DNA of 64,000 bases from a virus (IMGVR_UViG_3300044797_000318:64001-128000), one strand, 5' to 3'; shown: positions 47,608-57,193, counted from the stretch's first letter. Notes: generated by a model not told the origin, from the letters alone. Numbers and translations: made by a program.

Positions 47608-48075
47608 TCACAGATGTTTTTTCTTTACATCATAGAACTTACTATAAAAATGATAGCTAGCATTATCCCAAGGCCCTATACAAAAAGTATCCTCTTTGAC
47701 TATTTTTTGAGCGGCCTGAAAAATTTCGGAGGCAATTCCCCGTCTTCGATGTCCAGGCTCAATGAACACTTGAAATAAGTAGCCGTCTTGTTTTCTAAAA
47801 ACGGAATCAAGAGAACCCTCAGTAAACTCAAAATTGCTATCTTCTTTGGATAAAAGACCCCATCCTACCAAACTTCGGAAGCGATAGGCCAAAAACACTT
47901 TACAATCGAGATGGCGAGTTATGGCTTCTTTCAACATCCAATCTAATTCGTAATTGAGGCCCGAAGTAGGGCCAAGAGTCAATAAGCGAAGTTTTCCTAT
48001 AAGATCTGGTTGGTTGGCCACTAAATTGAAATCTACAACTCGAATTGTTAGCGTCAACCAATTTATTAGGTTCAT
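47608..48075 (-). CDS. GNAT acetyltransferase
   Basis: VFIEPGHRRRGIAS; ASYHFY. Confidence 0.8.
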   Translation of the reverse strand: MNLINWLTLTIRVVDFNLVANQPDLIGKLRLLTLGPTSGLNYELDWMLKEAITRHLDCKVFLAYRFRSLVGWGLLSKEDSNFEFTEGSLDSVFRKQDGYLFQVFIEPGHRRRGIASEIFQAAQKIVKEDTFCIGPWDNASYHFYSKFYDVKKKHL

Positions 48076-48102
48076 AGCTTATATAATATGAATAAGAAGA
48101 TT

Positions 48103-48186
48103 TGGTAGGAACGATCGGACTTGAACCGATAAACCCGAAGGCGAGCACTTTTAAGGAGCTTGTGTTTGCCATTTCACCACGTTCCC
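48103..48186 (-). tRNA. tRNA-Leu(TAA)
   Basis: Loop CT-TAA-AA; variable arm with CC-TTCG-GG; ACCA. Confidence 0.9.
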
Positions 48187-48223
48187 ATGCGATACATTAT
48201 ATATCGCACCTTATTAGTAGGTT

Positions 48224-48739
48224 TTACTTACCGCAACTGGCAGAACAAGCTGTATTGTCAGCCTGACACTTATCGAAAGCCGTTTGACATTCGCAAAGAC
48301 AAGCTGCACGATCCTTCTCTTCACATTGAGAAGTGTCATTGCAGAAAGCCTCACAAACACATTTTTGTGCATTGCAATCTTGTGGCTGGCAAGCATCGGG
48401 CTCTGCATGAGAGTCGGAACCGGGGTTAGAATCGACAGGTGGATTAGAGTCCACAGGTGGTTTGGTGTCAGTGGGCGGGGCCGTATCTTTGACCGTTACC
48501 ACATCATCGTTGATATTGCTATCGCTGTGATTATCACAATCCGCCTGATCATTACCATCGGTATTGTTACTGGAATCAACAGTCCCTGTTTCTGGGTTGC
48601 TGTTGGTATCTTCCAGACCTGAATCAGTAGTTCCGACATTAGCATCATCGTCGGTAGGAGGAATGATATCAGCTGAGGAGCCACATCCTGCCATCAGGCC
48701 AGTGACTAAGATCAATTTGATCAATGTTTGAGTTCGCAT
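48224..48739 (-). CDS. Asp/Thr-rich, Cys-rich lipoprotein
   Basis: Lipobox LMAGC; low-complexity linker; Cys-rich C-terminus. Confidence 0.72.
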   Translation of the reverse strand: MRTQTLIKLILVTGLMAGCGSSADIIPPTDDDANVGTTDSGLEDTNSNPETGTVDSSNNTDGNDQADCDNHSDSNINDDVVTVKDTAPPTDTKPPVDSNPPVDSNPGSDSHAEPDACQPQDCNAQKCVCEAFCNDTSQCEEKDRAACLCECQTAFDKCQADNTACSASCGK

Positions 48740-48771
48740 GTTTTTATTTCCTTGTATAATAGTTGTTTGGT

Positions 48772-49836
48772 TTAGTTGGTTGCATCAACAGAAGAGAAGG
48801 TGACCACGAACTCTACTCGACGATTACGCTCACGACCTTCTTTAGTCGTATTAGGGGCGGACGGATGAGCAATGCCCATTGGGGCGCCCACCAATCGAGC
48901 AGCATCGACACCATGATCCACCAGATATTGTTTGACCGCAACGGTGCGTTGGGCAGATAATACCTCATTGTGAGCTAGTTGACCCTCAGAAGATGCGTGA
49001 CCCTCAACCTTCATAGCCAACTTAGGATGAGCTTGGAATTGTTTGACCACCACATCCAACTTATCACGAGATTCCCAACGTAGAGTGGCCTTATCAAAAT
49101 CGAAATAGACCTTCTCAATTAGATTGAGTTGATCTACTTCCTTGGTAGCCACCGGAGTAGGGCAAGGTTTGTCATCGTCATGCACGTCCACAAAAGAGAC
49201 AGTATTGACATTGTGCGTCTTTACCCTTGGGGTAGTTGGAGCATCAAAGGAGAAGGAAAGACCAACCTGCAACAAGTTGACATCGCTTCGATTGAGCTCA
49301 ATATTACCGAATGCGTTCTCATTGGTGTTGTCAGCGGTTTGGAAAACGTGAGTATAACGCACGAAAGGACCTAACCAGAAAATATGATTCTGATCCAGAG
49401 GCATCTCACCACCAATTCCAACATCACCTGCTGGTAGCACTAGGCCACCAGTATCGGCTGCCATCAAATCCACGTCAACCCAAGGAGAGAATTCCCCGAG
49501 AAATCGATTATGGTAAGAAGCTCGACGATCTGTTTGCAATCGTACGGAACCACCGAACTGCCACAGTACGCCCGCATTCTGCCCATTATCAGTGGCACGT
49601 GGTAGATACATAGTAGAAACAGAGGGACCAATAGCAAGGTTAGGAATCAAGGTAAACATCCCCTTAGCTCCTAAAGCCAAACCAGGATCATAAATACCGC
49701 TTTGTGGAGAAGATAGCGGAATGACTACACCGGGTTCCAAATGTAAACTGAAGGAGTTGTCCGCAGAAGCGGTACCAGTAATAGTTGTGAGAAGGGCAGC
49801 GGTTGTTGCTGCTAAAATAGAGAAATGTCTTATCAT
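48772..49836 (-). CDS. OmpA-family outer membrane protein
   Basis: Signal peptide, beta-barrel-like N domain, VYFDFDKA, VEGHA, NEVLSAQR, GRERNRRVEF. Confidence 0.92.
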   Translation of the reverse strand: MIRHFSILAATTAALLTTITGTASADNSFSLHLEPGVVIPLSSPQSGIYDPGLALGAKGMFTLIPNLAIGPSVSTMYLPRATDNGQNAGVLWQFGGSVRLQTDRRASYHNRFLGEFSPWVDVDLMAADTGGLVLPAGDVGIGGEMPLDQNHIFWLGPFVRYTHVFQTADNTNENAFGNIELNRSDVNLLQVGLSFSFDAPTTPRVKTHNVNTVSFVDVHDDDKPCPTPVATKEVDQLNLIEKVYFDFDKATLRWESRDKLDVVVKQFQAHPKLAMKVEGHASSEGQLAHNEVLSAQRTVAVKQYLVDHGVDAARLVGAPMGIAHPSAPNTTKEGRERNRRVEFVVTFSSVDATN

Positions 49837-49878
49837 TGAAAATCCTTATAATGTGAGGTTGAAAAATTCCTGAAAAAT

Positions 49879-50368
49879 CTAAACACGAAACGAAGAACCG
49901 TCAAGGCGGGGGTCAACAAAAATAATTTCACGACCCACATTTTTGGCGTATTCCACGCAGTTAGCTGTGCCGCCTTTCGATCCATCCCATACGGCAATCA
50001 ATTTATCGCAATGGTCAACCATCCACTCATTACGAATTTGCATTTTATAAGCAGCATAACCGCCATCACTAACAATAACTTCTTCGGAGGCTAGCTTGCG
50101 TAAAAGCCGATATGTTTTTTGACTGACCTCGGGCCACGCCATCTCTTGCCCCTCAAAAGGAATGCAAGCTACTAATGGAATACGAAGTTTGAGGCAAACA
50201 CTGGCAAAATATTGATCGGTACCTAAGGCCATACCCGACAAACATTTTTCGGGTTTCATTTCCAATAATAGCCTCTCAATTTCTCGGCAAATTTTATTAT
50301 AGGTTGGATTAGGTAATTTGTATCCACCGATTTTTTGTCGGCCTGGATCCCGTGATTGCTATTATCAT
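49879..50368 (-). CDS. YspA/SLOG family protein, frameshifted in an A6 run at 50331-50336
   Basis: MIIAITGSRP then shifted frame KIGGYKLPNP...SGMALGTDQ...RNEWMVD...WDGSKGGTANCV. Confidence 0.8.
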
Positions 50369-50640
50369 TTTTGTATGGTTACTTGTTCGTGTGCTTGCAT
50401 CTCTTCCGCCTCAATCAATTGCATAAACTCATCGTGAATTTCTTGCGACTCGTTGTTGCGCTGAATGTAAAACAGACCTACCGATTGCTCGCCTAACAAA
50501 CCCAAGAACTCATACTTGACTTTGACCTTGCCAACAATAATGGTGTTGATAGCGGAGGCGAAACTAGCCATTTCATCTTCACTTTGGAAGAGGTGAGCGG
50601 CTGGTAGATTGACTAATATTTCCTTGGGTTTGATTTTCAT
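50365..50640 (-). CDS. hypothetical protein
   Basis: ORF with GGAGG RBS. Confidence 0.55.
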   Translation of the reverse strand: MKIKPKEILVNLPAAHLFQSEDEMASFASAINTIIVGKVKVKYEFLGLLGEQSVGLFYIQRNNESQEIHDEFMQLIEAEEMQAHEQVTIQK

Positions 50641-50641
50641 C

Positions 50642-51286
50642 TTACACCTCCACAACAACAGGCAAATTTTCTGGTTTATAATAATCGGTGCAGACAGCAG
50701 CATTGATAAACTTGACGCCATCTCGCTCAACCATTTTACCACCATCACGATGTAAGTGTCCAAAGATATGAACTTTGAGATTAGTTAGTTGCGGCAATCT
50801 CTTGGCCAACAATTCACAACCCTGACTACCAGCTTGAATGGTGTCATCCAAGATACCATAAGGGGGACAATGAGTAATCAAGATATTAGTGTCCTCGGGG
50901 ATCATATCCCATTTTTGAGATAGTTCATCACCATTTCGTGGTAAGTTCCACTCCCAATCATGAAATGCCGGTTGCCAAGGAGAACCATAGAAGTAAAAAT
51001 TATTTATTCTTGCACTCTTATCTTCAAGATAAAAAGATCCAGTATCATCAAACATTTGAAGGGCAATGTTTCTCTTTTGTTCATTACGAATGCCAAGCTC
51101 ATGATTACCACAAACAATTATTTTATTCTTGTGTGGTAATTCTTTCCACCAATTACAAAAATCGGCAATAATTTCTAATTCACCTCTCCAAGTAATATCG
51201 CCCGCATGAACCAAAATATCACCGTCAGGAACAATAATATTACGATGATATGAGTGTGTATCGGAGATTGCTACTATTGTTGTCAT
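50642..51286 (-). CDS. metallophosphoesterase
   Basis: SDTH, HAGD, GNHE, THCPP, FGHLH. Confidence 0.9.
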   Translation of the reverse strand: MTTIVAISDTHSYHRNIIVPDGDILVHAGDITWRGELEIIADFCNWWKELPHKNKIIVCGNHELGIRNEQKRNIALQMFDDTGSFYLEDKSARINNFYFYGSPWQPAFHDWEWNLPRNGDELSQKWDMIPEDTNILITHCPPYGILDDTIQAGSQGCELLAKRLPQLTNLKVHIFGHLHRDGGKMVERDGVKFINAAVCTDYYKPENLPVVVEV

Positions 51287-51486
51287 TCTAATTCCGTTTT
51301 TATTGAGATTCCATCTACTACTGGCGAAACAAGTTTTCTAATTTTATTATCTATTTGATGGGCCATCATAACGATACCAAAACCGTCATCCGTAGAAATA
51401 ACCACACTGGAACTATACCAAGCATATTGGGAATACTTCATCTTCAATTTCAGGCGAACTTGATTGGCTTCCTTGAAAGTAGACAT
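51283..51486 (-). CDS. hypothetical protein
   Basis: ORF with AGGAG RBS. Confidence 0.6.
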   Translation of the reverse strand: MSTFKEANQVRLKLKMKYSQYAWYSSSVVISTDDGFGIVMMAHQIDNKIRKLVSPVVDGISIKTELE

Positions 51487-51496
51487 AGCAGCTCCT

Positions 51497-52102
51497 TCAA
51501 CTAAAAAGTATATAGGTTTTTATTTTATCTATCAGACTATCTTGATCAGAATAATCCCAAGTGGTTAGTGGCAACTTCAATACTAATTTTCGAGGGGTAT
51601 AATCATCAAGTTTGTATATCACAGTAACATCTTGGAAAAAATCTAAAGTAATTTGATATTCAGGAATATCTCGCCGAAACAACGAGATACATTCTTGTTC
51701 TAACCCAGTATTGAATATATTTCCATTAACTGACTCAAACTCTACATCTAGGGTCGATACCCAAGTATGATGACAATTTTGACAACTAGCATTGATCCAA
51801 AAATAAAAATAACGACTTGTGTCCTCATTTGGATTTATTGTTACACAATGATCGGGATACGGCCGATCTTTTATCTCAACTTGATACGTGTTATTATCAC
51901 AGTTGATCTGATATATTGGTAAGCAATTTTTCTTTTTGTTTCGACATTGAATTGTTAGTAAGTGGTTTTCTTTTAGGAAACCAAGGCACTCAAAATTTGG
52001 ATCAGGTCCCACCGATAAGTCTATGGTTCTAGTATCTTTTTGACACAGAGGACAAAATAAACAATGATCCCAAAGTTCTTGAAGTGTATTGAATATTTTC
52101 AT
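51497..52102 (-). CDS. Cys-rich protein with KIKTYILFS tail
   Basis: CPLC, CQNC; shared C-terminal motif. Confidence 0.6.
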   Translation of the reverse strand: MKIFNTLQELWDHCLFCPLCQKDTRTIDLSVGPDPNFECLGFLKENHLLTIQCRNKKKNCLPIYQINCDNNTYQVEIKDRPYPDHCVTINPNEDTSRYFYFWINASCQNCHHTWVSTLDVEFESVNGNIFNTGLEQECISLFRRDIPEYQITLDFFQDVTVIYKLDDYTPRKLVLKLPLTTWDYSDQDSLIDKIKTYILFS

Positions 52103-52118
52103 ATTACTCTGGATGCCA

Positions 52119-52637
52119 ATGAAATATCAAAAAATCTTAGACATGGTCGAAAAATTCGTCGTTTTAGCTCAGGTCAAAACGGTGATCGTCAATAATCCTA
52201 TATCCGGTCACGATACGGTGGATAAAGCATATGAGGAGCGACAACATAAGCTACAAGAGTTTTCTAATCTTTTCAAGCGTAATCTAACGGCCGTAATCAA
52301 TGAAATGAGCGGAGATATGATCACCCTCAAAGAACGAGGCTTTGATCATAAAATGATGTCTTTATTAGCCAAAGTTCAACACGATCTTATTGAAATAAAC
52401 AAGGAAATTGAAGACATCAATCCTTATATTGCTGCTCAAAAATTAGTCAATTTTGTTTCAGAAAGACCTAACAAGCCTATAATTGACAACTTAGAGTTTT
52501 TAGCCACGCATCATCTCAAACAAACCAACGAGGGAATAAATCTCTCTAAGTATTTGGGGTATCCCAGATTTCATAGTATAGAAACACTTAGGGCATTAGC
52601 TACACAACTTCATCTTTACATAGAGAAAAATCTGTAA
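52119..52637 (+). CDS. hypothetical helical protein
   Basis: ORF. Confidence 0.6.
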   Translation: MKYQKILDMVEKFVVLAQVKTVIVNNPISGHDTVDKAYEERQHKLQEFSNLFKRNLTAVINEMSGDMITLKERGFDHKMMSLLAKVQHDLIEINKEIEDINPYIAAQKLVNFVSERPNKPIIDNLEFLATHHLKQTNEGINLSKYLGYPRFHSIETLRALATQLHLYIEKNL

Positions 52638-53162
52638 TTACTTGGTTGGGAATAAAGAAGGTTGCTTCTGAAACAAATCATCCCACAGAGTTCTAGCCGT
52701 AGGTAAGGGAACGACAGGAGCAGGGGTTGACATTGAAGTATTGATGGCGGCTGCTAATGCCGTAGCTGATACATTGACGATGGGTGGTGGTACTGGTGCA
52801 GAAGCGCGAGCAGCTTGCGCTGCCACTACCACAGTTTGCGCTCTTGCCATAGGACGTAGGGAAGATTGGGCTCGTTTTTGGATTGTATATTTACTATCCA
52901 AGTCCCAAGAAGCTGTGAGTGGATGGTAAAGTAAGGCCTCTGCTGTGGTTCCATTTCCTAAGGTGACGGTAATAGGCGTGCGAGCCCAGCCCTCATTTTC
53001 GATATTAGTAGTAAATATACTACGGACTACATCGCGCACCTCTCTATGACGTGCGTGCGGCATAACCGTTTTGACTTCGTTGCTAACATCTAATGCTGTG
53101 AAAAGCACCTCTCTATTGATGAAATCTTCCACTACTGCGAGAACTGTGTCTTGTAAATTCAT
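52638..53162 (-). CDS. hypothetical protein with Ala/Pro-rich tail
   Basis: ORF. Confidence 0.6.
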   Translation of the reverse strand: MNLQDTVLAVVEDFINREVLFTALDVSNEVKTVMPHARHREVRDVVRSIFTTNIENEGWARTPITVTLGNGTTAEALLYHPLTASWDLDSKYTIQKRAQSSLRPMARAQTVVVAAQAARASAPVPPPIVNVSATALAAAINTSMSTPAPVVPLPTARTLWDDLFQKQPSLFPTK

Positions 53163-53167
53163 TGTTA

Positions 53168-53719
53168 TTATCCTTTATGCATGAATGATTCTAAATCGAT
53201 AAATTTGAGCGCGCCTTTTTTATTTTGCATGATATTCCATTCGTGGAAATCATAGTATGTGTATTTTATTTTGCGAGCGTGTGTGATAAAAGTTTTGACC
53301 TTAGAAGTCATATATCTTTCATATTGCTTGATGTATTCTTTATTCTCTGGAAAGTATAAGGCTGTTTCGATAGCCGAAACCTTACTTTCTCGTAAGCCAA
53401 TAGGTATCAGTTTGAGTTTATCCATTACATAATAGTAATATTTTTGCTCGACCGACTTTCCTTCAACTCGACGAATGGCAGTGAATGATCCTATTTTATA
53501 TAATTTGACTATGGCTGGATTTTTAGAATTCATAATATATTCTAAAATACCTAAACTATTGAACCTATTACGATGATTTTCGGCAATCTTGACCACACGA
53601 TTAGGGTATTTATCGAGACGATAAATGCATCCATCACCTCGGTAAATTCTTCTACCAAGTTTCAATCCTGAATGATTTTGGAATTCCCGCTGTTCGGGCG
53701 TTAGTTTTTTGGAGGGCAT
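53168..53719 (-). CDS. protein kinase-like fold protein
   Basis: VVKI, YYVMDKL, DFHEWNIM, FIDLE. Confidence 0.7.
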   Translation of the reverse strand: MPSKKLTPEQREFQNHSGLKLGRRIYRGDGCIYRLDKYPNRVVKIAENHRNRFNSLGILEYIMNSKNPAIVKLYKIGSFTAIRRVEGKSVEQKYYYYVMDKLKLIPIGLRESKVSAIETALYFPENKEYIKQYERYMTSKVKTFITHARKIKYTYYDFHEWNIMQNKKGALKFIDLESFMHKG

Positions 53720-53773
53720 GCTAACAACCTAAAAATTATAAATAAAAAGTCAAGGGCGGGGATAATTTTTTCG

Positions 53774-54205
53774 CTATTCACCTTTCAACTCTTCCCTTAT
53801 CTCCATCAATATTTGACCCAGTTCATTCCTACCGTTTCCATCTTTGCCACAACCCCACCAACTATCCACGGGCAAGTCTTCTATCAATTCTTCGGTGCCA
53901 GTTTCCATTAGTTGCTTACGCAAATCGGCGTGTTGCAAAAACTTAGCCAAACAACATTCTTTCATGACAGTGCGCTTGATCTGATCCCAATCGGGGATCA
54001 TGGTTACTGTCTGACCTAAGTCTCTGGCTTGCATCGGTTTGGTAGCTTCCCAGATCAATTTCTTCTCAGCCAGATTGTAGGTCTTTTGAGATTGATAGGG
54101 GGCCTCGATCCAGTTCCACCACTGCCCATAGATATACATTCTGGCTTTCCAGAAGTTGCCTAAGAAGCCTCCTGGGTCTTTGATACGATAAAATTTGAGT
54201 GCCAT
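53774..54205 (-). CDS. NADAR family protein
   Basis: FLGNFW, EAPYQSQK, AKFLQH..LR..L..TG..ELIED, WWGCG..G.N.LG.ILM. Confidence 0.9.
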   Translation of the reverse strand: MALKFYRIKDPGGFLGNFWKARMYIYGQWWNWIEAPYQSQKTYNLAEKKLIWEATKPMQARDLGQTVTMIPDWDQIKRTVMKECCLAKFLQHADLRKQLMETGTEELIEDLPVDSWWGCGKDGNGRNELGQILMEIREELKGE

Positions 54206-54687
54206 TATTCGTCTCCCTCACGACGGTAAATTCGCACTTTGACATCCTGCTCGCCAACATAGTTGGCAAAATTGTTGATAATTCCAAGGTAATGTTCCCA
54301 ATCGCCCCCACCAAGTCCGCAGCCCACTCTCCACGGAAATCCTACACTTTCCAGATCAGGTAGTTGAGCGACACGCAATAATCCTCTATAAAAATATTTC
54401 TCTCGAGCAGCCAGACCATCTAAACTTGAAAGTGGATACCTACATCGACCCGGATAAATTTGCCCGTGTAAATTAATAATAAGCCGTTTATCTATGCCAT
54501 TACCACGTATATCAATTGTTCCCGCAATACTTTGCTCGATTCGATCGGCATAGCAATTAGCATAAGGATACTTATCGAAAATTGCACGAGCAATTCCTGC
54601 CGCCCCACCATTAGAGATAGTGTTGGTCTGATGAATAATGTATTTCTCTTTGGCTTCTAAAAGATTGCCCGTAATTATTTCAATCAT
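54205..54687 (-). CDS. macrodomain protein
   Basis: GNLL..IIHQTN..GAAGIARAI..GCGLGGGDW. Confidence 0.88.
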   Translation of the reverse strand: MIEIITGNLLEAKEKYIIHQTNTISNGGAAGIARAIFDKYPYANCYADRIEQSIAGTIDIRGNGIDKRLIINLHGQIYPGRCRYPLSSLDGLAAREKYFYRGLLRVAQLPDLESVGFPWRVGCGLGGGDWEHYLGIINNFANYVGEQDVKVRIYRREGDE

Positions 54688-54693
54688 ACTAAT

Positions 54694-54855
54694 TCACCCA
54701 CTATTTTGTCTATCTATCCATGGCACAACCCGAACGTTCTTGACACCTTCGTAACCAGCGATGTCATCCATCTGATAGTAAACTTCCGTTTCAGAGTAAG
54801 GGCCAGCCTTCTGGGTTCCTGGAAACCCTTCAACTTCGTATTCTACAAAATACAT
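54694..54855 (-). CDS. small hypothetical protein
   Basis: MYFVEYEVEG...; fills the operon gap. Confidence 0.5.
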   Translation of the reverse strand: MYFVEYEVEGFPGTQKAGPYSETEVYYQMDDIAGYEGVKNVRVVPWIDRQNSG

Positions 54856-54856
54856 T

Positions 54857-55330
54857 CTAAAACCACCAATCAGGCACATTTCGTTTTGTCCATTTCGCGA
54901 TATAAGCTTTGTCGCCTTTGTAATAATTACGGTAAGATTGCACGGGGTCATCCACCTTGTATTGATCGGGCATACACTTTACGAAAGGCGCAAGGCCGAT
55001 ATTAGGGATAGATAACTTAGAAGCGTCCGAGTAAAAATTACTTAGAATTGATTGACACTTATGTGTCTTACTATATCTATATGTATACTCTTCACATAAG
55101 GCCAAGCCAAGATTTAGCAACCAACCGAAATTCTCTCTTGACTGACTTGCCCAGATAGAAGCCGGATGATTCTTATGTGTCTGGCGATACACAGGAACAT
55201 AAGATTTGTCGTAAGTAATCAGTGCGTTGTTAAGAAGCTGCGTGGTTTCAAGGATCATTTTGATACAATGTTTATCAACATGATATTGAGCAGCCTTCTT
55301 TACATCTGCATCTAAAACAAAGATGTTCAT
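54857..55330 (-). CDS. pyrimidine dimer DNA glycosylase / DenV-like family protein
   Basis: MNIFVLD..DKHCIKMILE..QLL..HKNHP..W..EYTYRY..YRNYY. Confidence 0.82.
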   Translation of the reverse strand: MNIFVLDADVKKAAQYHVDKHCIKMILETTQLLNNALITYDKSYVPVYRQTHKNHPASIWASQSRENFGWLLNLGLALCEEYTYRYSKTHKCQSILSNFYSDASKLSIPNIGLAPFVKCMPDQYKVDDPVQSYRNYYKGDKAYIAKWTKRNVPDWWF

Positions 55331-56826
55331 CTTACTTGCGTCTCAAATTCGATTATATATTTTATGGCGTGTTGCTGATTTGGTCCCGTGGCATGGTAAG
55401 TAATCATTTCATCATTTATAACTCCACCTTGACCGGCTTTTGCCCATACGCTGTGATATGGTTTGATATTGGTGGCATTATAGTAGTGTGAGCCGGTAGC
55501 CATTTTTTGGTTTCCAAAAGCCACATCACATAAAAATAAATAAGCTGTTTTGTTATTTCCCTGTGCCCAATATGACCCCCTAACATCACAGTAATTAATT
55601 GATTTTGACGAAGATGAAGCAAAATAACAGCCATCTCCAAACATACTGCCGGCGTGAATAACTCCAGAAGGACGAATCAAAAGTCCCTTGGTCGTGATAC
55701 CAATCATGTTAGCACGGCGAGTGCCGTGCCAACCTGGCAACACATTAGCCCTTTGGTAAATCTCTTGCAAAGCCTTGGGAACATCAGGGCGTCTCTTGAC
55801 CAAATTAGCATACACTTCGGAAGGAACCCATTTACCGCATTCTTTGGCAATGCGCTGAGCATTCTCAATGAAATTTTTATCTTCACTATGACGATTGACA
55901 CGGAAGATTTTATGAGTTTTGAGCTTGCCTAAACCGCTATGGTTGCTGGCTCGGGTCTCCAAAACCATAGTGTCAATCCATTTCCAAGTAGGATCACTGG
56001 GATCTATGAATTCTAACTCAGCATTGAGTGTGGTATACTGCGAATCCACCGCACTCTTCTTAGAGATAACGGCTTGCACATTTTTCGCATCACTAAACAC
56101 ATCCATAATATCAAAAGCCCGATCGAGCTTATCATCGGTATCCAAACGCAAAGCGTCTGCATCCAATCGACGATAGCCAAAGTTGTGAGGAATATTGGAG
56201 TAATAGAGGTTAGTCAGTTTATTTAGCTCTTGTTGATCTGGCTTGCCGTGGATGAGTTTACGGGCCTCTTCCAAAATATCACGACCTTTGGTTAGCTGAT
56301 CCAAGGAAAGCTGTCCAAGAGGGCATTTGGCTGTGTCTAAGTTCATTTCAATGAACTCTTGCGTGACACCGAACCAAGTTCTAACCAAGTCTTGCACTTC
56401 TGCATGCAACTTACTAACAGTAGCTGGCTCTTCCTTGACCGTCACACCAGCTTTTTTGAGGGCCTCTACAGAGACAGCGGTGTTATCCACCTTAGATTTA
56501 CCTACCTCGGAACCCACATCAGCTCGCACCAGCTTGACTTCTTGATAACCCTTCTTGATTTTAGCTTTGATAATCTTATCAGCTTCTGCCTCCGCATGAG
56601 AAGCCGAATCAGCCATACGATATTCTCGTGCTGCTGTGCCACCTACTCGACCATATTGAGTGAATATACGCGCTTCACCAGTCTTGGCAACTTGCACTTC
56701 AGCGTTGTAATACTTGTTATTGTTATTGATTACATCAGTGAAATTGAGAGTTACCCTCTTAGTCACATCATAATTGTTCGGAAACGCAGGTTCTGAACCT
56801 GCGTCATAAGATTTTAGTGCTGCCAT
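55327..56826 (-). CDS. poly(ADP-ribose) polymerase with WGR, regulatory and catalytic domains
   Basis: NKYY..QYGRVG..KKGY; CPLGQLS..YYSNIPHNFG; WHGT, MFGDGCYFA..KSINY, NDEMITY. Confidence 0.92.
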   Translation of the reverse strand: MAALKSYDAGSEPAFPNNYDVTKRVTLNFTDVINNNNKYYNAEVQVAKTGEARIFTQYGRVGGTAAREYRMADSASHAEAEADKIIKAKIKKGYQEVKLVRADVGSEVGKSKVDNTAVSVEALKKAGVTVKEEPATVSKLHAEVQDLVRTWFGVTQEFIEMNLDTAKCPLGQLSLDQLTKGRDILEEARKLIHGKPDQQELNKLTNLYYSNIPHNFGYRRLDADALRLDTDDKLDRAFDIMDVFSDAKNVQAVISKKSAVDSQYTTLNAELEFIDPSDPTWKWIDTMVLETRASNHSGLGKLKTHKIFRVNRHSEDKNFIENAQRIAKECGKWVPSEVYANLVKRRPDVPKALQEIYQRANVLPGWHGTRRANMIGITTKGLLIRPSGVIHAGSMFGDGCYFASSSSKSINYCDVRGSYWAQGNNKTAYLFLCDVAFGNQKMATGSHYYNATNIKPYHSVWAKAGQGGVINDEMITYHATGPNQQHAIKYIIEFETQVR

Positions 56827-56938
56827 ATGTCCTCTTATCTTATTCGGATGACTATTATAAGTCAGTTTGATTATTCGATAGACAATCCCGAAGGATTATA
56901 ATTTCTAATACTAATAAACGATCTTTTTCTCGACAAAA

Positions 56939-57193
56939 TCAATTTTCAGGAACAAACTTTATGACGATACTGCCACTCTCATCACCTATGTCATTGAAGG
57001 CGGCAAAAGTGCAAATCATAAGCTTATCCTTATAGGGCCAACAACAGTTGGAACCATCACTATATTGGCCTGAATAACAACTAAGTTGTTGATCTCGACT
57101 TTTATAAAGAAAGCGATGACCAGCAGGTGTCAAAATAAGATTTCCACCACAACTTGTGAGTAATAACAATATAATCAACCAGTAGTATTTCAT
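56939..57193 (-). CDS. small lipoprotein
   Basis: Lipobox LLTSC. Confidence 0.6.
   Translation of the reverse strand: MKYYWLIILLLLTSCGGNLILTPAGHRFLYKSRDQQLSCYSGQYSDGSNCCWPYKDKLMICTFAAFNDIGDESGSIVIKFVPEN

Noticed and set aside
47121-48172. ORFs 47121..47540, 47358..47594, 47395..47778 and 47900..48172
   Set aside because: Overlap Leu tRNAs or real genes
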